From the NCBI RefSeq assembly GCF_006345805.1, contig NC_043011.1:54076464-54140463 (forward strand): a stretch of DNA of 64,000 nt, in the 5' to 3' direction. How positions within the stretch are numbered: position 1 is the stretch's first letter; every line of letters begins with the position of its first letter. A program made the translations under genes and the position numbers. The notes beneath the pieces are model-generated. The model was given only the letters and a program-made list of their open reading frames with translations. It was not told the origin of the DNA and made no database searches. Shown piece by piece: positions 24,481-37,560 of the stretch. This DNA comes from Octopus sinensis. Its lineage: Eukaryota.

Positions 24481-24577
24481 TATAAGGCCAGCAATTTTGA
24501 GAGGAAGAGCTCGATCCTGCCTGCCCCCGCCCCGTGTTTGAGTGGTACTTTATTTTATCGATGGTCTGGCCTGGCTT

Positions 24578-24884
24578 TCTGTCGGTTACGACGACGAGGG
24601 ATTCCAGTCGATCCGATCAAGTAAATCTGCTCGAAAGATTAACGTGCAAGTGGCTGAGCATTCCACAAACGCGTGTACCCTTAACGTAATTCTCAACAAG
24701 ATTCAACGTGACACAGAATACAAGGCTGGTCCTTTGAAAAACAGGTACAACTCATTTTTACCAGCTGAGTGGACTGGAGCAGCCTGGAATACAGTGTCTT
24801 GCTCAAGGACAGAACTCGTTGCTGGATATTGAACTCATGACCTTACGATCGAATACACTAACCACTAAGCCACGCGCCTTCACT
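24578..24884 (-). mobile_element. Mosaic SINE family E (D-type head and core, C-type tail)
   Basis: Left part matches the SINE C 3' end (ggttacgacgacgaggg...gtggctgagca); right part matches the SINE D core (cagctgagtggactggagc...tcttgctcaagga). Confidence 0.7.
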
Positions 24885-24889
24885 GCCCT

Positions 24890-25225
24890 ACTTGTATTTG
24901 TACTGGTGACGACGTTCACCCAGGGCGGGTTGATCCGGCTTCTTCTCTGGTCCTGACGGCATCACGAACCATGACGACCCACGCTCAACGGTCCTGTGCG
25001 AGGTCACTGGAGATAGCGAGCCATTCGCGGTTCCATCTGCGCAGCCCGACCACCTGCGGACCTGAGAGTTCGGAGAGGTCCTCCTTTATCGTCGTTGCCC
25101 AGGTCTTCAGCTGTCCGCCTTCGAGGTCGTTCTGTCTCTGCGTCTGTGGAGACTCCGCGGCAAACAGGGCGTCCCGTCACTCGGGATATGCATGCGGGTT
25201 GTCGGGGACCGCTTGTGAATACAGT
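24890..25225 (-). mobile_element. RTE-clade LINE 3' end
   Basis: Encodes GQLKTWATTIKEDLSELSGPQVVGLRRWNREWLAISSDLAQDR, a typical RTE ORF C-terminus. Confidence 0.7.
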
Positions 25226-25959
25226 ATTCCCACGAAACTTCTTCTATGAATCCTACTACTACCATGGCCCTACACTAACTTCAACAGTTCTTTACACACC
25301 TTTATCATTCTCTTCACAACCCTATAATCACCTGCACGATCCTCTCATTCCTCTATAATTTTTAACAGCCCTCCATACCCTTAACAGTTCTCTGCAATCC
25401 TAAGCATCCCCTAAGAACCCTCCCTCCAGACCTCTATACAATCCTCTACATTCCTCAATCATCATCCGCTGTTTTCACCAATCCTACATCACCTTCAACA
25501 ATTCCCTATAATTCTCAACATTCCTCCATAGCCCAAGAGACGCCGCCACTTCGCCATCGTCTGCGGGCATCTATAATCTCCTTTAGATCTCCCTAACCTA
25601 CATCACTCCTAAAGTGCGCTACAGTCTTCAAAACTCCTCCACAACTTCCGACAGTTCTTCGTAGACTTTACATAGATCTCGGCCACCATGGCTCTGCACC
25701 AGCCTCTCTGCACCAGCCCCTCTGCAGCCATCAAATCCCAGAAGCCACAACAATTTCCACCCACACAGCTCGTCCCCAGCCTCTCACTCCTCCAACAGGA
25801 CAAACAAACGATAAACAGAAAACAAACTGTGCAAATACAGTAATGCTGTCTGACAAATGGAAGAGAGCAGTGATGTGGATTTGACAGCAGAGTGACTTGA
25901 CACCTCTTTCTACCTATTCGCATCGCATCTCTGGCGAGGACAGTGTTGTTGTCGCTGTT

Positions 25960-26170
25960 GTTGTTGTCGTGGGTGATGATGATGATGGTGGTGATGATGA
26001 TAATGATGATGAAGATGATGATGACGACGACGACGATGATGGTGGATATGATGATGATGATGATGATGGTGGCGATGATGATGATGATAGTGGTGGATAT
26101 GATGATGATGATGATGTTTATGAGTGCGATGATGACAACGACGACGATGATATTTAGGAGGATGATTGTT

Positions 26171-26201
<31 letters not shown>

Positions 26202-26456
26202 CGATGATGATGACGATGATGGTGGAGGTGGTGGATGTTGGTGGTGATGATGACGATGTTATTTCTGATGGGGTGATGACGACGGTGATGGGATAATGGT
26301 GATATGATGATGGTGGTGATGATGATGACGACGACGATGGTGATGATGATGATGATGATGATGACGATGATGATGATAGTGGTGGTTATGATGATGATGA
26401 TGTTGATGAGTGCGATGATGACAACGACGACGATGATATTTAGGATGATAATTGTT

Positions 26457-26521
<65 letters not shown>

Positions 26522-26643
26522 GGTGGAGGTGGTGGTGGTGGTGGTGGTGATGGTGGTGGTGGTGGTGGTGGTGATGATGATGATGATGATGGCGATGATG
26601 GTGGAGGTGGTGGTGGTGGTGGTGATGGTGGTGGTGGTGGTGG

Positions 26644-26674
<31 letters not shown>

Positions 26675-28489
26675 GGTGGAGGTGATGGTGGTGGTGGTGG
26701 TGATGGTGGTGGTGGTGGTGGTGGTGATGATGATGATGATGATGGCGATGATGGTGGAGGTGGTGGTGGTGGTGGTGTTGATGACGATGTTATTTCTGAT
26801 GGGATGATGATGATGGTGATGGGATAATGGTGATATGATGACGGTGATGGTGATGATGATGATGACGATGCTAGTAATGGTGGTGGTGGTGGTGGTGATG
26901 ACGGCGGTGGCAACAAACACGAGACAATAAACATTTGCTGAAATGGTTTTGTTGCAGCGTAATATTTGACGTCACTGTTGTGGTAGTAGTTGTTGTTGTT
27001 GTTGTTGTTGCTGTTGCTCGAAAAATGGTGGTAGTGGTGACGATGGTTGTGGCGATGGTAGCATTAGAAGATGGTGGTGGTAGTAGTGTTAGTAATGGCG
27101 GTGAGAGTGGTAGAAGAAGACGTAGCAATGGCGGTGGTGTTTGGTTTTGTTGGTTGTGGGTTTTACGTTTTTGCGGGGGCGTTAGATGTTATGGTTATGG
27201 AGGTGGTGGTAGTGGTGATGATGATGGTTTTGGTGGTAGTAGTAGTGGCTGGCGTGCTGGTGGTGATGTCAGTGGCGGTGATGATGATGATGACAGTGAT
27301 GATGATGATGATGATGATGATGTCTATGACGAGGAACCATTCATATCAATGTTGTGAACAATGGAAAACAATTCCATTTTTCAGTTTATTTGGATTTCAA
27401 TGTGTGTGTGGGTGGTGTGTGTGTGTGTATGTGTGTGTGGTGTGTGTAGTGTGTGTGTGGGTGTGTATGTGTGTGGTGTGTGTGTATGTGTGTGTGTGTG
27501 GTGTGTGTGGTGTTGTGATGTGGGTGTGTGTGTTGTATGTGTGTGTGTGTGTGTATGTGTGTGTGTGGTTATGGTGTGTGTGTGTATGTGGGTGTGTGTG
27601 TGTGTATGTGTGTGTGTGTGTGTGTCTGTATGTGTGTGTGTGTATGTGTGTGTGTGTGTATGTGTGTGTGTGTATGTGGTGTGTGTGTGTGTGGTGATGT
27701 TGTGGTTGTGTGTGTATGTGTGTTTGGGGTGTATGTGTGTGTGTGATAAATATGTTCTATATGTGTATATGGTTGACTAGATATATATGCATACACATAC
27801 ACATACATGTTTATATGTTTGTACGTATGTGAATGTGTTGTGTGTATGATGTTTGTAGGTAGGTATGTATGTATATATACATACATACATGCACATAAAT
27901 AATATACACATATGCGTATATATGTATATATATATATATATATGTAATATATATATTGTATATATATATATATATGTATATTATATAAATATATAATATA
28001 TGTACAATATATATATGTACATATATATATATGTATGTATATATATATATATATATATACACACCAATATATATTATATATATATATATATATATAAGAG
28101 AGAGAGAGAGAGAGAAGAACAATAGAACACATCTCATTCTCATTCTGTGCATATATAGATATATATATATATATTAGATATATATATATAATATGTATAT
28201 ATATATATATTATATATATATATATTATATATATATACTATCTTATATATACATGCATACATATATAATGTATGTGTTTTATGTATGTATATATATATAT
28301 ATATTGTATAATATACATATGTATATATATATATATACATATATACATGTAATGTATATACATGCATATATATATATATATATATAATATATATATAATA
28401 CATATATACATGTAGATATATACATATATATACATATATACACAGATCTATATTTATATATGTGTGTATATGTTATATATATATATGTG

Positions 28490-28521
<32 letters not shown>

Positions 28522-28630
28522 AATATATTATATACATCTCTATCTATCTATCTGTCTATCTATCTACACTCATGGATGCACAATAGAAACGCATACACTC
28601 ACACATTACATACATACACACACACACACA
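25960..28630. repeat. (GAT/GGT)n higher-order field, then (GT)n and (TA)n fields
   Basis: Directly visible. Confidence 0.9.
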
Positions 28631-28901
28631 CATACCTCAGAGTTGTATGACAGTATCTCACAACCAGAGATTTACTTCATATGATATCTCGGAACAAAAC
28701 ACTGGAAACGACATTTTGTCAGTAACGTTCCTCTCCCTTCCTCCCCTACACCTTTTGTCTTCTCTCCTCCTCCTACTTTCCCCCCTCCCTTCCTTTGTTC
28801 CTTTCCATATATCTTTTTTTTCCAGCCGTCTTCTCAGAATATCTGTTGATTACACCCCCCCATACATACATGCATACATACATGCATACATACATCCATA
28901 T

Positions 28902-28933
<32 letters not shown>

Positions 28934-28934
28934 G

Positions 28935-28965
<31 letters not shown>

Positions 28966-29199
28966 GGTGCACAATGCGTATTTATTGTCGTTTATAAGAA
29001 TTCAAGGCAAAGTGGAGTGCATCTACATTGAATGCACAAAATAGCAATCATCATAGCAACGATAACAATAATAACTACAAGTAAACGAATAACTGCTAGT
29101 AAACGAACGCAATTAATAAGATTTAATTTATTGTAGCTAACAAACTAAACTTAATTTTAATAATTAACATGTATGATACCAACACAATAATATAGAACG

Positions 29200-29231
29200 T
29201 TCAATAATAATAATAATAATGATGATAATAA

Positions 29232-29272
<41 letters not shown>

Positions 29273-29332
29273 TAATAATAATAATAATAATAATAGTGAT
29301 AATAAAAAAATAACAATAATAATAATAATAAA

Positions 29333-29368
<36 letters not shown>

Positions 29369-29400
29369 TAATAATAATAATGATAATAATAATGATAATT
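29200..29400. repeat. (TAA)n, left flank of the R4/Dong element
   Basis: Directly visible. Confidence 0.95.
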
Positions 29401-32203
29401 AACATCCAAACAAAATAAAAAAAATTAGAAAAGACCTGTCGATTCTTAATGAAATCAGCAAACAATCAACGCTACTGAGCAACAAAAAGAAAAACAAAAT
29501 ATACTCGCAAATATAACATCACAGAGAAAGATTTGCCTGAGATAAAAGAAAAGCTGAAGCAGATATCTTGCCAAAGCCACAAAGGATCCGCCGGTACGAG
29601 AAACGCCAACGCTTCTTTGAACAAAACAAAAAGTTCAACTCCGACCCCAAAAAGTTCTACCAAGAACTGGGGCAAAATCAAAATAGAAGTTCACTGCAGC
29701 ACCAACGGCAGAAGAATTGGGAAGAATTGGAGAGAAGAAATTGGTCGGCGAACGAACAACCAAAAAAAAAAGAGTATCAAAATAACAAACTCGGCATCTT
29801 GAAACAACTTTGGACCCCCATAACAACTGAAGAGGTCACCAGGCACTGCAAAGACTAAGCAACTGGAAGGCACCTGGGCATGACAAGATCCCCAACTTCT
29901 GGTTGAAATATCTAACAGGAATGACACAAAAAGCTGGCTGAAAACTTTAACACCACGAAGGGGAAAACATCTTAATTCCCAAATCAAATGAAAACAGCAA
30001 AACCAGAAAACTACAGACCAATAACCTGCCTCCCTACTATGTTCAAAGGCATTTACTGCAGTGATATCGCAAAGGCTGAACAAGCACCGGACGAAAACAA
30101 ACTTTTCCCAGAAGAGCAGAAAAGGATGCCGCAAAGGCTCATATGGCTGTAAAGATCAACTAATGATTAATAAAGCCGTAACTGAAGACAGCCACAGAAA
30201 GAAGAAAGGCCTCAGTATGGCCTGGATTGACTACAAAAAGGCGTTTGATAGCATCCCCCACACATGGATCCTCGAACACTAGCCATTAACAAAGTAGCAC
30301 CAACAATCATAAAATTCATAGAGCACTTATGAATAAATGGCAAACAGTCCTACACCTCCAAACAAAAGAGGGACTCATGAAACCAAGGACATCCCAATTA
30401 GAAGAGGAATATTCCGGGAGACACGCTCTCTCCACTCCTTTTCTGCTTGGCACTGTCACCTCTATCTGATATACTAAATAGAATGGATGCGGATATAAAT
30501 GTTACGGCAAAACGATCAGCCACCTTTATATATGGATGACCTAAAACTATACGCTGCAAATGACAAACAGCTGGAAACACTATTAAAGACAGTTCATGGA
30601 TTTACCAAAGAAATAGATATGAAATTTGGTTAGAAAAATGCGCCAAAGTAACCATGAAAAGAGGAAAACTAGTTAAGAGTAACAACATCACACTAGATAA
30701 AACCAATGAAAAATAAAAGAATAGACCAAAGCCAAACTTAAAATACTTAGGAACCATGAACTAGATAAGACACAACACACAAAATGAAAGAGAAAAATAA
30801 AAAAAGAATATTATAGACGAGTTAGATCAATACTAAAAAACAGAGCTCAATGCTAAAAAACAAGATAATAGGTATCAACACTTTATGTGCTGTCCCAGTT
30901 ATAGTTACAGCTACAATATCCTTAACTGGACACGAAATGAATGACCAAAATAGATAGGAAAACAAGAAAAATAATGACAGGATCTAGGATGCATCACCCA
31001 AAATCTGACATAGAAAGATATATATACAACGTATAGAAGGTGGTAGAGGCCTTATACAGCTGGAAAAACTACTATAAAATAACCACCATAGGATGCAAAA
31101 ATATCTACTTCAGAAGGAAGGAAAAACTGATCCAGATAGCGGCAAAACACGAGCAAAACAAAAAAAAACTGTCTCAGTATTTAAGGAAAGTGACAAATAC
31201 AAACAAGAAATCATACCACCTATAAACATGAAGAAGAAGGAGAAGAGAAGAAGAAGAAGATGAAGAAGAAACAACAAAAGCTATAAAACAAATGAAATCC
31301 AAACCTAAAAATAGAAACAGCAACGAACCATGATAAAACGATGGCAAGAAAAGCCCCTTCATGGTAAATACGGACTAAACTAAACGCAAAGAAATAGACA
31401 AAGAAAAATCCCAGCAATGGTTGAGAAGCTCAGGACTCAAAGCAGAAGAAACAGAGGGATTTTTAATTGCAGCACAAGACCAAGCCTCCCCACCAGAAAT
31501 TACCAAAAAAAAACATGTAAATGAAAAGAATATGCAAGTAACTTGCAGAATATGTGGAGAGGACAAGAAACAATAAATCATATTATCTCTAGCTGTTCAG
31601 TCTGGCTAAGAAGGAATATATTCACAGACATGACAGAGTTGGAACCTACATACATGGAAGCTATGCCAACATTATGGAATAACAACAGAAAAAAGATGGT
31701 ATAGGCACACACAGAAAGGTCACAGAAAACGAGAAAAGCAACCATACTCTTGGGATATGCCGATACAACAGATAGAGAAATTAAGGTCAACAGACCAGAT
31801 ATAGTTGTCAGAGATCATGAAGAAAAAAAATGCTTTCTAATTGATGTATCAAATACCGGCAGATGACACGTGTCTCAAAGAAATGGAGAAACTCTCAAAA
31901 TACAAAGACCTGGAAAAATAGAGGTAACTAGAATGTGGAATCTGAAAACAGAAACAATCCTATCATAGTAGGTGCATTAGGCATGATAAAAAAATATTCA
32001 GACAAATACATAACAAAAACACCAGACTTACAAACACATATAACATACAGAAAATTGCACTACTAGGCACTGCACACATCCTACGCAGAACACTTTCCAT
32101 ACAATAACCATCAGAGCATCACAACAAATCACAGCACATACCCAGGCACACAGAGCTGCGCTCGGTAGTGAAGTGAAAGCACGCTATAAAAATAAAACTA
32201 CTG
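29401..32203 (+). mobile_element. 5'-truncated R4/Dong-clade non-LTR element (RT, CCHC, restriction-like endonuclease), frameshifted
   Basis: GCRKGSYGCKDQL, AWIDYKKAFDS, GD(T)LSPLLF, YMDDLKLY, CRICG...HIISSC and RPDIVV...LIDVS are all present; (TAA)n on both sides. Confidence 0.85.
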
Positions 32204-32231
32204 AATAATGATAATAAGAAAATGATAATAA

Positions 32232-32285
<54 letters not shown>

Positions 32286-32286
<1 letters not shown>

Positions 32287-32479
32287 GTTTCAAATTTTGG
32301 CACAAGGCCAGCAAGTTCGGAGAAGGGAACAAGTCGACCCCAGTACTCAACTGGTACTTATTTTATCGACTGAGAAAGGATGAAAGGCAGTGTCGACTTC
32401 AGTGGAATTTGAACTCAGGACGTAAAGACAGACGAAATGCCGTTAAGCTGTTTGTCGCCCGGCATGCTAACGATTCTGC

Positions 32480-32525
<46 letters not shown>

Positions 32526-32808
32526 TAAAACCCTCTCTATTATAGGCACAAGACCTCAATTTTTTTGTTGGGTGGGTGGGTGGGGGGAGGCGAACTAGTT
32601 GATTACATCGGCCTCAGTGCGCAACTCGTAGTTATTTTCTCGATCCCGAAAGGATGAAAGGCTAAGAAGACCTCGGTGGAATTTGAACTCAGAACGTAAA
32701 GACAGACGAAGTGCCGCTAAGCAGTTGTCGCCCAGCATGCTAACGATTCTGCAAATAATAATAATAATAATAATAATGATGATGATGATGATAATAATGA
32801 TGATGATT

Positions 32809-32843
<35 letters not shown>

Positions 32844-32868
32844 AATAATAATAATATAATAATGATGA

Positions 32869-32907
<39 letters not shown>

Positions 32908-32969
32908 TAATAATAATAATAATAAAAATAATAATATTAATAATAATAATAATAATGATGATGATGATG

Positions 32970-33000
<31 letters not shown>

Positions 33001-33252
33001 TGATGATGATGATAATAATAATAATAATCCTCTCTGTTAAAGGCACAAGACCTGAACTCTTTTGGTCGGTGGTGGTGGTGAACTAGTAGATTATATCGAC
33101 CTCAGCGTGTAGCTGGTAGTTATTTTATCGAAACCGAAAGGATGAAAGGCTAAGTCGACCTCGGCGGAATCTGAACTCAGAACATAACGACGGACGAAAT
33201 GTCGCTAAGCATTTGACCTGGCGTGCTGACGATTCTGCCAGCTCGCCGCCTT
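32286..33252 (-). mobile_element. Three head-to-tail SINE B copies separated by (ATT)n
   Basis: Copies at 32286-32480, 32526-32752 and 33028-33252; only the last has a complete head. Confidence 0.8.
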
Positions 33253-33489
33253 ACCAATATCTAAAAATAATGATAACTACGAAGCTAAATACGCTTTACC
33301 AAATGGAAGTTATTGTTCGATCACATATTCACCAACAAACAGAATAAAACACATCAACAGATCAACCGGGGTTAACACTGACGACGGCATAACAGACTTA
33401 CTAAGACTTAAGTTTATCATGAGCCCTAGGGGCCACAAGGCCGGAGCTCAACCTAGTTCATGTCGCGTAAGAGACTGAGATCACAACAC

Positions 33490-33650
33490 TCTAACAGGAG
33501 GCTAGTCCTTCGCAGGGTTAACTTCCCCAGTTATTGCTGAGTGGACAAGAGCAACATGAAATGGAATGTTTTGTTAAAAAACACGACACACAGTCCAGTT
33601 CGTTAATCGAAATCACGAGCTTACGACAGTGAGAGAACCCCTCACCGTTA
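33490..33650 (-). mobile_element. Old SINE D/E-like copy
   Basis: gctgagtggacaagagcaacatgaaatg...aaaacacgacac core. Confidence 0.5.
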
Positions 33651-33653
33651 GAC

Positions 33654-33940
33654 CAGTAGTTCTCAACCGGGGCCCATACGGCCCATGGCGGGGGTCCCTA
33701 GAAGATTTTGCTGTTAAAATTAACGTGCAATGAAATGGTTTTACTTTTACAATACACAAAATATTTAATTTCTTAATACAATAGGCGCAGGCTTACCAAC
33801 CATATGCTTCCAGGTTTAGTCCCGCTGCGTGGCACCTTGGGCAAGTGTCATCTACTACAGCTTTGTGCCCGGTCTGGGAATCGAAACCGCGATCCTACGA
33901 CCGCGAGTCCGCTGCCCTAACCACTGGGCCATTGCGCCTC

Positions 33941-33972
<32 letters not shown>

Positions 33973-34352
33973 TGTATATATCTATGTGTGTGTGTGTGTC
34001 TTTGCGTCCGTGTTTGTCCTCTGCCTCCACTTGACAACTAGTTTTGGTGTTTCTACGTCCCTGTAACCAAGCGGTTCGGCAAAAAGAGACCGATAGAACA
34101 AGTACTATGCTTAAAAAATAAATCCTGGGGTCGATTTGTTCGACCAAAACCCTTTACGGCGGTGCCCCAGCATGGCCGCATCCAAATGATTGAAACAAGT
34201 AAAAGATAAAAGATAATTCCTAATAATCTTTAATTATAAAAACTGAGTAGGAATCCCTTTTTTTTATAAATATACATCGAATGATTATGGGGATTCCTAC
34301 CAGTAAAATAGAAATAAATGGGTCCATTGGGAAAAATGGTTAAGAACCACCG
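33654..34352. mobile_element. hAT (Charlie-like) MITE containing nested SINEs
   Basis: TIRs cagtagttctcaacc / ggttaagaaccaccg; 8-bp TSD cgttagac (33646-33653) and cattagac (34353-34360). Confidence 0.7.
33781..34212 (+). mobile_element. SINE A carrying an inverted SINE C head (33866-33942)
   Basis: SINE A head, then gcccggtctgggaatcgaaacc...gcgcctccac on the minus strand, then the SINE A microsatellite and 3' half. Confidence 0.75.
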
Positions 34353-34715
34353 CATTAGACCATTAGGCCGCGCTCCTTCACAGACATAGAGGGGAAAAAT
34401 AAAATAAAATAGAAGAGAAAAATACAAAATCGTTGAATAATGAACAACGTTTACATCTCCTCAGCTACGCGCGAACAAGTAGATCTACAAAGCAATAGAT
34501 AAGTACCCGGATATCAACAGACTGAATTGCCTGATCTTAGAAATTCGCTTTGATCGTAATACACTCAGACGTTCAGTTGGATCTCAATTCCCGAAAAATG
34601 GTAAGACAATAATATCAAATAGAATATGTAAACTAAAGAAGAAAAAAATACTTAACGAAATAATAATACAAGGGAACAGGTTCAACATGCATGGAAAAGA
34701 AAAAAAACGAAGTCG

Positions 34716-34746
<31 letters not shown>

Positions 34747-34792
34747 TAATAAGTAATAATAATGATAATAATAATAAAATAATAATAATAAT

Positions 34793-35341
34793 GCCTGATC
34801 AGTACCAGGCAGAGTGGCTCTCATGGCTTCTGATCTTAAATGATTGGAAGTGTTATCAGTACATTGTTTTGTCTGGTATAAAAGATGGGCTACAGAAAAT
34901 ATTTGCTCAATACCACAGATTTGCTTGTCAGTGTTTGACTTTAACCAGTTGAGCATGTCCCTTAGTGGCTGACGATGTGTGCATCTCATGATCACGAGCA
35001 GAAGTAGTGGGGGAGCATCATAGCCATGTGTTGAGAGGGATTCTTGGAGTTTGAATAATTCACTCTGGAAACATGGGTGGTTCTTTCAACATCCTTAAAC
35101 AACCCTTATTCAGGGACCTTTGAGCGGGATGGGCAAACTAACCTGAAGAAAATTCTAACTGGGCCCCAACTGCAAGGTCATGTGCTGTTTATCTTGATAT
35201 GAGATCACCATGTCGCGCACATATGGTTGTGATGCATGTGCCGGTTGTACCCTTATCAGACGGGGTAGTCATGATGGGTATATTGGGCTTCGTATATTTC
35301 ACCCCAGTGTCACTTTGATGGCATGAACTGCTCTCTCACTC
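34793..35341 (+). mobile_element. Unclassified element F embedded in (AAT)n
   Basis: About 550 bp of complex sequence with (AAT)n at both junctions; partial copy at 14905-15062. Confidence 0.6.
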
Positions 35342-36169
35342 AATAATAATAAAAATACGTATAATATAAATTGAAAGAAGACACTCTGGAAACAAAAGAA
35401 AAGTTTGATCAAACCATATCAGCCGAGAAAAAAAAATAAATGCAGAATAAGAGACTCTTCAGAAAACAAAACAAAAAAACAAAATAAAACAAAACAAGTC
35501 AACAACAACAACAACAACAACAACAACAAAATAAAGCGTTCACGTTTTTTATCAGTTAGAAGAAATTTGAATTAAAACATTTCATAGAAAAGTTGTGTGT
35601 GTGTGTATGTGTGTGTGTGTGTGTGTGTGTATGTGTGTGTGTGTATGTGTGTGTGTGTATGTGTGTGTGTGTGTATGTGTGTGTATAAATATATGTATAT
35701 GTATGTATGTATATAACAATTCATAGAAAAGTTTTACAAACACACACACACATATATATACGGACACATACACATATATACATATATATACACACACACA
35801 TATATATATATATACATATACATATATAATAACTATATATTATATAATATACATATATATACATTATATAGACATTATATACACACACACACACACATAT
35901 ATATATACATATACACACACACACATATATATATATATAATATGTATAATATATTATTTTTATTACACATGAACAACTCCACACTGGCGGACACACCAAC
36001 CTCAACAAATACAAGGAAGGAATATGGAATAGAACTATTCAAAATAAAAAAGAATCTTAATTGATTGAAATTGATAAAAGAAAGGAGAGGGAAAAATACG
36101 CAGCAGTACTTAAAACATGGCGAACTATAGACAGTATGGACATCACAGACATATTAAGAACTGCAGATG

Positions 36170-37130
36170 ACTAAAAAAAACCACCTCAGTGTATGGCGGC
36201 AGCAGCATTCAGTGCACTTTGGTTGATTAGGTGGGTTTGGAGAAAGGGGGCAGTGTCCCTGTCCTCCACAGACTTTCAGAGATCGGCGAAGGCTGAGGTT
36301 GAGGTTAGGTTGTAAATATTTCATTGAAACTAGTGCGATTCAACTACCGTAGCAAACTGTGGAAGCACTCCGTCGGTTACGACGATGAGGGTTCCGGTTG
36401 ATCCGAATCAACGGAACAGCCTGCTCGTGAAATTAACGTGTAAGTGGCTGAGCACTCCACAGACACGTGCACCCTTAACGTAGTTCTCGGGGATATTCAG
36501 CCGTGACACAGAGAGTGACAAGGCCGGCCCCTTGAAATACAGGTACAACAGAAACAGGAAGAAAGAGTGAGAGAGAAAGTTGTGGTGAAAGAGTAGAGCA
36601 GGGATCACCACCATCCCCTGCCGGAGCCTCGTGGAGGTTTTAGGTTTTTTCGCTCAATAAACACTCACAACGCCCGGTCTGGGAATCGAAACCTCGATCC
36701 TATGACCGCTAGTCCGCTGCCCTAACCATTGGGCCATTGCGCCTCCGACCGTAGCAAAGACATGGGCGAGGAAGGAATTATAGAGGACCGTTTTATCAGC
36801 CAGCAAGGACTGGGCTCTGAGGTTAGTGCAAGGCCTGGGTGATTGAGTAGAACATAGGCGGATGTTGAGGATAAGGAAGTGAGTGCTGAAGTGGAGGTGG
36901 TATGAGAACAGCTGGTTTTGCAAAACAGGGACTATTGTAGCCGCAGTTGAAACATCATAGAGAGGATACAGCATGTCAGTGAGACAGAAGCTGCAGCGGA
37001 TCAATGAGTGATTTCATGGGAGGCCTCTTTCTCTAATCGTTATGTCCCAGATGTGGGAGCAGTACCCATTGTGGGTCTTACTTTAGCTCCTTAGAGAATT
37101 AGTGGTTGTTTGGTGTTGAATTATTTTCTG
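36170..37130 (-). mobile_element. CR1/L2-group LINE 3' end, interrupted by SINE C
   Basis: Degenerate YCSHIWD...PRPCTNLRAQS...LYNSFLAHVF, typical of the RT C-terminal region. Confidence 0.6.
36357..36747 (-). mobile_element. tRNA-derived SINE family C
   Basis: Head ggcgcaatggcccaatggttagggc...ggtttcgattcc; TSD accgtagcaaa at 36346-36356 and 36748-36758. Confidence 0.9.
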
Positions 37131-37399
37131 GTCCTGAAGAGACAGTCATGTCTGTCAGACGTAGTCTTGGCTATGTCAAGGGCGTGTATTCGTGAAGAAA
37201 ATTCACGGTGACGGTGCTAGAGAGGTTAACATTTGGGGCGACCACGAGGATTCTAAGTCCTTTCTTCATGCGTGAGTCTGACCTTTTGACCGTCGATGTG
37301 GTTGAATAACCAGTCAGAATTCACAGTACGGGTTGTACTATTCATCCTTTCGATCTCTGAATACAAAACGTTGCTCGCTAGATCTCCGTTCGGGTGGTT

Positions 37400-37560
37400 T
37401 AGCTGAGCCACCCTCTCAGCCTTGTACGCCAATCCGTCGCAAGGGCACCCATTCACAGCTGAGCGAAATGAAGTATCTTGTTGAAGAACACAACTCAGGG
37501 ATGGTCGAGAAATCGAAACCATGACTTCGCGCCTAATCTCTTGGCAACGCGCTTTCACAA
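37400..37560 (-). mobile_element. Old SINE D/E-like copy
   Basis: cagctgagcgaaatgaagtatcttgttgaagaacacaac core. Confidence 0.5.

Noticed and set aside
25910-27697. 336-aa and neighbouring ORFs
   Set aside because: (GAT/GGT/GT)n repeats; no domain or splice support.
37134-37166. CTGAAGA-GACAG-tcatgt-CTGTC as a second hammerhead
   Set aside because: Followed by AGAC instead of GAAA, and no stem I pairing.
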